DNA from: a virus
Taxonomy: Duplodnaviria; Heunggongvirae; Uroviricota; Caudoviricetes
Reading direction: 5' to 3' (one strand)
Length of the DNA stretch: 64,000 nucleotides
Virus record (IMG/VR): IMGVR_UViG_3300022594_000256
Coordinates: 3,368 to 67,367 of that record
Position 1 is the stretch's first letter, and the number at the start of each line of letters is the position of its first letter. The notes beneath the pieces were generated by a model, which saw nothing but the letters and a program-made list of their open reading frames with translations, ran no database searches and had not been told where the DNA came from. Below are positions 58,627-64,000 of this stretch, piece after piece. The translations under genes were made by a program, and so were the position numbers.

Positions 58627-59165
58627 AAAAGTGGACACCTGACTTAGACTTAACAGAGTTTTATGCTACTGCCAAGTCTAAAGGTTTTGAAAATAATGCT
58701 AGCCAGCGGATGCTAGTGGATAGTTTAGCAAAAGAAAAACATTGGGCTGTTTGGATTTTGTATTTTTATGGAAAAGCCGTAGGTAGTGTTGCTGCACATA
58801 GTTTTCCTGAGATGGGAGAAGATGCTTATCGTATTGCTGCACGTACTTGTGTATTTTCGGACCACATACCTATTCCAAGTATTCGCACACGTAATCAAAT
58901 AGTTACACACCAACACGTTACTAGCCAGTTCCTAATTCCTACATGTATTGAATGGACTCCACCGTGGGCTAGCTTATATATTACTAGCAATGAAAACAGT
59001 GTAGGAACACAACGCCTAGTGCATAATATATTTGGTCCTGCAATGGAAGCTACAGGACAGATGAAACGCATTAAAGAAATAGACTATCGCGGAACTAAAC
59101 AAACAGTATGGGAACTGTACGCTAATAGATTTCTAGAAGAACTGGAAAAGCATCCTCGATGGTAA
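58614..59165 (+). CDS. hypothetical protein
   Basis: 183-aa ORF coupled on both sides. Confidence 0.45.
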   Translation: MFEIKKWTPDLDLTEFYATAKSKGFENNASQRMLVDSLAKEKHWAVWILYFYGKAVGSVAAHSFPEMGEDAYRIAARTCVFSDHIPIPSIRTRNQIVTHQHVTSQFLIPTCIEWTPPWASLYITSNENSVGTQRLVHNIFGPAMEATGQMKRIKEIDYRGTKQTVWELYANRFLEELEKHPRW

Positions 59166-60592
59166 ACAAGTTTAAAACTTCTCATAAAAAATCTATAGTA
59201 TTTTGTCTACACGATATTATAGATTTTTGTGAAAGCGGATATGCTAGAGAAGTCTGCGTTAACCTCACAGACTTTTTAATACATCGTTTTGACTTGTATG
59301 GTTATGATATCCTTATTAGCAAGGATGAAGACGCATTACTACAAACAGCTAGTGAAGAAGGTTATAGCCATGCTGTAGTTATATCAGCTGGAACTAGTTT
59401 AAGATTGTCGGACAGACTTTTTCCTGCTATTGAAGAAACGTGTAAGAAAGATTTCTTTATAGCAGGGCACATACTTGATAGAGCTAACCATAGTCATTAC
59501 GGAAATGCTTGTTTCGAACTACATCAACAATTCTATATTGTAAATCTAGAACAGTACAAAGATGCAGGCATGCCTGTCATTGGAGAAGAAGAATGGGGAG
59601 CGTATGAGCAAATTGCTCCTATTCGTAGTCAGGAATTTTTGTACAATGATCCGGAAATACCTGTGTGGATGAAACAGGGTACAGAACTTAAAACATACGA
59701 TGTTAGACTGCACGGGTGGAATATACTGCGTGTTGCCTTAGAGCAAGACAAAACATTAATAACGCTTGATCAAAGTGTACGTACAAGTAAGAAGTATCTA
59801 TATTACGAATACGATCATGTGTTCTTAAAAACTCTAGCAGAAATAAAACATTACCAATTCTTTGCTACTAACTTCTTTGCCGGATGGAACTCTGATACAT
59901 TAAGAAGCCAATTAGATTTTACTGGCCCAGTTGAACAATATGCTACTGTTGGTATAGGCTTCAATTGGATTAAGAATTTAGAACTTGTAGGATTTACTAA
60001 AGACACTAAAGTTATTTTTACAGACATCAACTATAACTGTTTGATGTTTATGAAGAAACTAGTAGAAGAGTGGGATGGAAAAGACTACGCAGACTTTTAC
60101 TGGAAGCATAAACCTATGTTGCCCAACAACAGTCCTTATATTAGTGAAGAGTATAAAGAGCAGATAGACAGTAAGTGGAAAGAATTTTTAACAACAGTTG
60201 ATGATTGGGAAAGCCTGTGGGATAGTGTTAAGCAACTGAACTATGACTATGTGCTTATAGACTATACGGCATCGTTTAATTTTGATTGGTTAGAAGCTGG
60301 ACGTAAGACTATATTAAATCTCAGTAACTTATATAACCACGGACCCTTTATTGCTATGAACAGTTTAAAGTATCGCATATACTGCGAGAACAAACTACTT
60401 CAAATGATTAAAGACAAAGATCCTAAGATTACTTTATTATTAACAGCTAGGGCAGCAGATGGTTTCTGGAAAAATAATCCTAAAGAATACTTAGGCACAG
60501 TTGATAAATTTAACTATACCGATTTACAAGATTTAAAGATACCTAGCTGGCATGAAACAGATTGGCAATATGAAAAATTTAAATTATATTAA
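59159..60592 (+). CDS. hypothetical protein
   Basis: 477-aa ORF. Confidence 0.5.
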   Translation: MVNKFKTSHKKSIVFCLHDIIDFCESGYAREVCVNLTDFLIHRFDLYGYDILISKDEDALLQTASEEGYSHAVVISAGTSLRLSDRLFPAIEETCKKDFFIAGHILDRANHSHYGNACFELHQQFYIVNLEQYKDAGMPVIGEEEWGAYEQIAPIRSQEFLYNDPEIPVWMKQGTELKTYDVRLHGWNILRVALEQDKTLITLDQSVRTSKKYLYYEYDHVFLKTLAEIKHYQFFATNFFAGWNSDTLRSQLDFTGPVEQYATVGIGFNWIKNLELVGFTKDTKVIFTDINYNCLMFMKKLVEEWDGKDYADFYWKHKPMLPNNSPYISEEYKEQIDSKWKEFLTTVDDWESLWDSVKQLNYDYVLIDYTASFNFDWLEAGRKTILNLSNLYNHGPFIAMNSLKYRIYCENKLLQMIKDKDPKITLLLTARAADGFWKNNPKEYLGTVDKFNYTDLQDLKIPSWHETDWQYEKFKLY

Positions 60593-61256
60593 CATTGGAA
60601 ATATACCAATTGGTATATACAAAGACGGGCCCGTTGGTGTAGGCATAAGCGGTGGTGCAGACAGTGCTGTATTGCTTTATATTCTAATGAGTAACATTGA
60701 CAAACCTATACACATTTATAACATGTGGTCATCTAGCAGAAATTATTCATTTGCCAAATCAGTAGATGCTGTAATTAAAACATGTAGTAGACTTACAGGC
60801 AACACTAATTATGTTGTACATAAAGTTCAAGTTGAGCCTAAGGAAACTAACGAGTTCTTTTTTAATATGCTTACCGATGCACTAAACAAAAAAGAAGTCG
60901 ATATAGTTTATATGGCTGTTACTAATTTTCCTCCCAAAGACGTTTACTTAGAATTTGATCAGCAACAAGAAGACTGGCACAATCGCTTTAGAAGCGATGA
61001 AGTTGAACATCCGTTATTTGGATTAACTATCTCTGGAGAGCTAGACAAGCCACTAGTACTGGATGAGCGTGTTTATGTACCTCTTAGAAACTACAACAAA
61101 AAAGCAGTAGTCACACTATATCAAGAGTTAAATCTTGAAACAAACTTGTTGCCCGTAACAAGAAGTTGTGAAGACGACGATCACATAGAATCGCATTGTA
61201 TGAAATGCTGGTGGTGTCAAGAACGTATATGGGCATTTGGTCATATCGGAGAATAA
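60552..61256 (+). CDS. PP-loop ATP pyrophosphatase, QueC-like
   Basis: P-loop VGVGISGGADSAVLLYIL (SGGxDS); C-terminal Cx9Cx2Cx2C (CEDDDHIESHCMKCWWC) like QueC zinc site; 234 aa. Confidence 0.5.
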   Translation: MKQIGNMKNLNYINIGNIPIGIYKDGPVGVGISGGADSAVLLYILMSNIDKPIHIYNMWSSSRNYSFAKSVDAVIKTCSRLTGNTNYVVHKVQVEPKETNEFFFNMLTDALNKKEVDIVYMAVTNFPPKDVYLEFDQQQEDWHNRFRSDEVEHPLFGLTISGELDKPLVLDERVYVPLRNYNKKAVVTLYQELNLETNLLPVTRSCEDDDHIESHCMKCWWCQERIWAFGHIGE

Positions 61257-61904
61257 ATGAAAGAGTACTATGAATCTGATGCCCGTTATCTAAAGTTAGA
61301 TATAGAACTGCCATACAAAGAAATGTGTGCAGAAGCATTTGCATTACTTGATAAGTTCACACCTCACAGGAGTGACGACTATGCACATGATGGTTGGGAA
61401 AGTTTAACTATACATGGGTTAGGTTGGGATAAGCACGAAGGGTATAAAGCCTACGGTTATGCTAAAGGTAAAGATGCTAGTAAAGATATGCACTGGACAG
61501 AAATAGCAGATGCTTGTCCTATAACAACAAAATGGCTCAAAGAAGTGTTTCCGTGCAACAAGTATGGTAGAGTTAGATTTATGTTGCTCAAAGCAGGCGG
61601 ACATATTTCTATGCACAATGATTCGAGCCTAAAACTAATTGAGAATATTAATATTGCTCTTAACAATCCAAAAGGGTGTGAATGGATATGGGGTGATAGT
61701 GAAAAATTAATTATGGAGCCGGGTGGTGTATATGCTATGAACTTACATTACCATCATATGCTAATTAATGAAAGCAACGAAGATCGTATGCACATGATCA
61801 TTGCTAGACACGACGCTACTGATGAGTGGAAAGAATTAATCGATCAAGCTGCCCTAGCAAGAGGCATTAAAGGCAAATACGTTGTTATAGACGAGTTGCC
61901 TTAA
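61257..61904 (+). CDS. AspH-like cupin hydroxylase paralogue
   Basis: GGHISMHNDSS ... NLHYHHMLINESN. Confidence 0.45.
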   Translation: MKEYYESDARYLKLDIELPYKEMCAEAFALLDKFTPHRSDDYAHDGWESLTIHGLGWDKHEGYKAYGYAKGKDASKDMHWTEIADACPITTKWLKEVFPCNKYGRVRFMLLKAGGHISMHNDSSLKLIENINIALNNPKGCEWIWGDSEKLIMEPGGVYAMNLHYHHMLINESNEDRMHMIIARHDATDEWKELIDQAALARGIKGKYVVIDELP

Positions 61905-62755
61905 CTGTAATCCTGATCAGGAAAATCAATTGCTATTCTATGTAGCAAGCGTTCTTCAATTCGTTCAAACGGCCAACGTCTGTGAACACCTAACCATTGT
62001 TCTGCTATAACTACGTCTCCGTTTTCCCAGTCGTGATGATAACAATACTTGTCTTGTATAGTATGTTCCCAAATAGGCTTTATTAGTTCAATAGATTCCT
62101 CTCTAGTCATACCTGCAAAACGATCTAACTGTAGGAATGAAAGGTACAAGCCAGTCTTGCCAGCGTTGTTTGTATACACTAGAGGAGGTTGAAACGATTC
62201 AACTACAATACCGTCATATTCTAACTTACCATTTTGTCCGTTCTCATCTACGATAGCACCGCCCATGTAGATACATTTTAATTGTTTAAGTTGTTCTTTA
62301 GTAGCTTCGTCTAGGTCATTGTAGGATAGTATGTTATTGTTCCAACTGGTACGTGAACCCTTTGATCCCTTAACAGAGTATAACCAAATAATAGGGCAAC
62401 GATCTCTATCCTGTGGCATGTTACAATGCCATACCATTTCGTCAGAGTGTCCTGCAATACCAGGCTTGCCATTGTCGTTTAGCTCGCCAGTAACTCTAGC
62501 AATAATACCTTCTGGATCAACAGCCCAATTTTTAAAATTTTCTTCTTCTTTAGATTTAAACAGTGGCTTTGGACGCTTAAACATCTTAGCAATTTTAAGT
62601 TCGTCATCAACAGTTAAAAACTGATTTTTAAAAACTACACAGGTATTACTAGCAATTAGTCTTGCTATTTCGTTTATATCATCTTGTGTAGCTGTATTAA
62701 AATTAAAGTCATCAACTAATACAGTCCAACCGTTTTCATGTAAATGATATTTCAT
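61901..62755 (-). CDS. TauD/TfdA-like Fe(II)/2OG dioxygenase
   Basis: GHSDEMVWH (HxD) and C-terminal HHDWENGDVVIAEQWLGVHRRW. Confidence 0.6.
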   Translation of the reverse strand: MKYHLHENGWTVLVDDFNFNTATQDDINEIARLIASNTCVVFKNQFLTVDDELKIAKMFKRPKPLFKSKEEENFKNWAVDPEGIIARVTGELNDNGKPGIAGHSDEMVWHCNMPQDRDRCPIIWLYSVKGSKGSRTSWNNNILSYNDLDEATKEQLKQLKCIYMGGAIVDENGQNGKLEYDGIVVESFQPPLVYTNNAGKTGLYLSFLQLDRFAGMTREESIELIKPIWEHTIQDKYCYHHDWENGDVVIAEQWLGVHRRWPFERIEERLLHRIAIDFPDQDYS

Positions 62756-63618
62756 ATTTGTGTATAATCCTGATCTGGGAAATCAAACGCTATACGATGT
62801 AGGGTTCTTTTTTCTATTTCAGCAAACGGCCAACGTTTATGTATGCCCAACCATTGCTCTGCTATAACTACATCTCCGTCATCCCAATCGTGATGATAGC
62901 AGTATCTGTCTTGCGTTGTGTGCTCTGTTAGCCAAGCAATTATATTTTTGTTTTCTTCTTCTGACAATCCTACAAACCCACTTATTTGTAAAAACGAAAA
63001 GAAGAACCCTTTCTTACCTGCAATATTTGTCATTACAAGACTAGGATTGTATGCATCTATTGTATCCGGAGCATCATCTCCAAGATCCATAGCTTCCTTG
63101 CACCAGTTAGCCATTACAAGTTTTAAGTCCTCTAAAGGCTTACGTCTTTCTTCATCTAACTCGTTATAAGATAATATATTGTTATTCCAAGTAGTTCTAG
63201 AACCCTTAGTTCCTTTAACACCATATAACCATATGAGAGGCTTTCTATTAGGATCGTGCGGATCATTGCAGTGCCAAACCATTTCGTCTGTCCAGCCTGC
63301 TAGTCCTGTACGCCCATTAGCATCTTTCTCGCCGCTAACACGTAGAGCTATTTTATCCGAACCTGGAACTTCTGCTCCTTGATAGCAATCGTGATCATAT
63401 GTACCCGGAACATCGATATGAAACTGCTGCGGGTTCTTAAACATTTTAGCAATTCTAACTTCGTCTTCTACAGTTAGGTTTTGTTTCTTTGCTACCACTA
63501 GTGTATTTGTTGCTAGCAATTTTGCAATATCATTAATATCTTCTTGCGTAGCATCTTTAAGGTTGACGTCGTCAAGTATAACAGTCCAACCGTTTTCGTG
63601 TAATTTATAGTTTATCAT
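62752..63618 (-). CDS. TauD/TfdA-like Fe(II)/2OG dioxygenase, tandem paralogue
   Basis: GWTDEMVWH; HHDWDDGDVVIAEQWLGIHKRW; ATGA coupling. Confidence 0.6.
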   Translation of the reverse strand: MINYKLHENGWTVILDDVNLKDATQEDINDIAKLLATNTLVVAKKQNLTVEDEVRIAKMFKNPQQFHIDVPGTYDHDCYQGAEVPGSDKIALRVSGEKDANGRTGLAGWTDEMVWHCNDPHDPNRKPLIWLYGVKGTKGSRTTWNNNILSYNELDEERRKPLEDLKLVMANWCKEAMDLGDDAPDTIDAYNPSLVMTNIAGKKGFFFSFLQISGFVGLSEEENKNIIAWLTEHTTQDRYCYHHDWDDGDVVIAEQWLGIHKRWPFAEIEKRTLHRIAFDFPDQDYTQI

Positions 63619-64000
63619 TTTGTATAGTCTTGTTCAGGGTAATCTACTGTTGCTCTGTGCATAACCCTAATGTCCATTTTATCAAACGCCCATCTTTTAT
63701 GCAGTCCATTCCACTGATCAGCAATAATTAGATCGCCATCTTCCCAGTCGTGATGGTAAACATACTTATCGCTGAATATGTGGTGACTTAAAATTTGTTT
63801 AAGTTTTCCGGTTTGAATATGAGAAATCTCTACAAACTTACCTAACTGAAACGGAGCAAAGTACATGCTATATTGATTAGTAATATTTTTACGAACTAGG
63901 CGTGGAGTCCAATTGTCATTATATCGCACACCTTCGTAGTCTGGTGCCCACGGTGCTTCTATGTTTCCGTAAATACAATGTAAATTTTCTACAGTACTCT
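63615..64000 (-). CDS. TauD/TfdA-like dioxygenase, third tandem paralogue (partial; N-terminus beyond window)
   Basis: C-terminus YHHDWEDGDLIIADQWNGLHKRW...DYPEQDYTK; frame open to window edge. Confidence 0.5.
   Translation of the reverse strand, partial: STVENLHCIYGNIEAPWAPDYEGVRYNDNWTPRLVRKNITNQYSMYFAPFQLGKFVEISHIQTGKLKQILSHHIFSDKYVYHHDWEDGDLIIADQWNGLHKRWAFDKMDIRVMHRATVDYPEQDYTK

Overview
AT-rich (about 37-38% GC) bacteriophage-type DNA: tightly packed genes, ATGA/TAATG translational coupling, Shine-Dalgarno sites, and lipobox lipoproteins. The source looks like a large marine/aquatic myovirus-like phage, not cellular DNA. No BLAST or HMM search was possible, so every functional call rests on motifs I could read directly in the provided translations.

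Layout:
- **Fibre module, 1-13.9 kb (minus strand).** It holds a collagen-like (Gly-X-Y) tail-fibre gene, a 293-aa fibre-like protein, and a 3432-aa giant fibrous protein with about six internal CxRDV...YD..GG repeat domains. An IscA/HesB Fe-S carrier gene is fused in front of it.
- **Auxiliary and host-interaction genes, 14-40 kb.** These are a Lys/Ala/Pro-rich histone-like protein with a bidirectional terminator, a UvdE UV-damage endonuclease, a PTPS/QueD-like gene, a 487-aa structural protein with an internal duplication, and a 5-gene coupled operon with two radical-SAM (rSAM) genes and a B12-radical-SAM gene. A MazG-like pyrophosphohydrolase and an ATP-dependent DNA ligase follow. Then comes an envelope operon (entericidin-like lipoprotein, lipoproteins, an SPFH/stomatin protein and ClpP), a calcineurin-like phosphoesterase, a phage-encoded IF-1 (infA) and an atypical 107-nt tRNA-like gene.
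- **Accessory island, 40.9-64 kb.** This is the stand-out region. Five alternating divergent and convergent operons carry 11 radical-SAM genes (14 in the window in total, counting those in the 20-25.5 kb operon) in several paralogous subfamilies. Interleaved with them are four AspH-like cupin hydroxylase paralogues, three tandem TauD-like Fe/2OG dioxygenases, a methyltransferase-like gene, and a PP-loop (QueC-like) ATPase.

The island resembles a proteusin/RiPP-type or other hypermodification pathway. Its substrate is not evident in the window.
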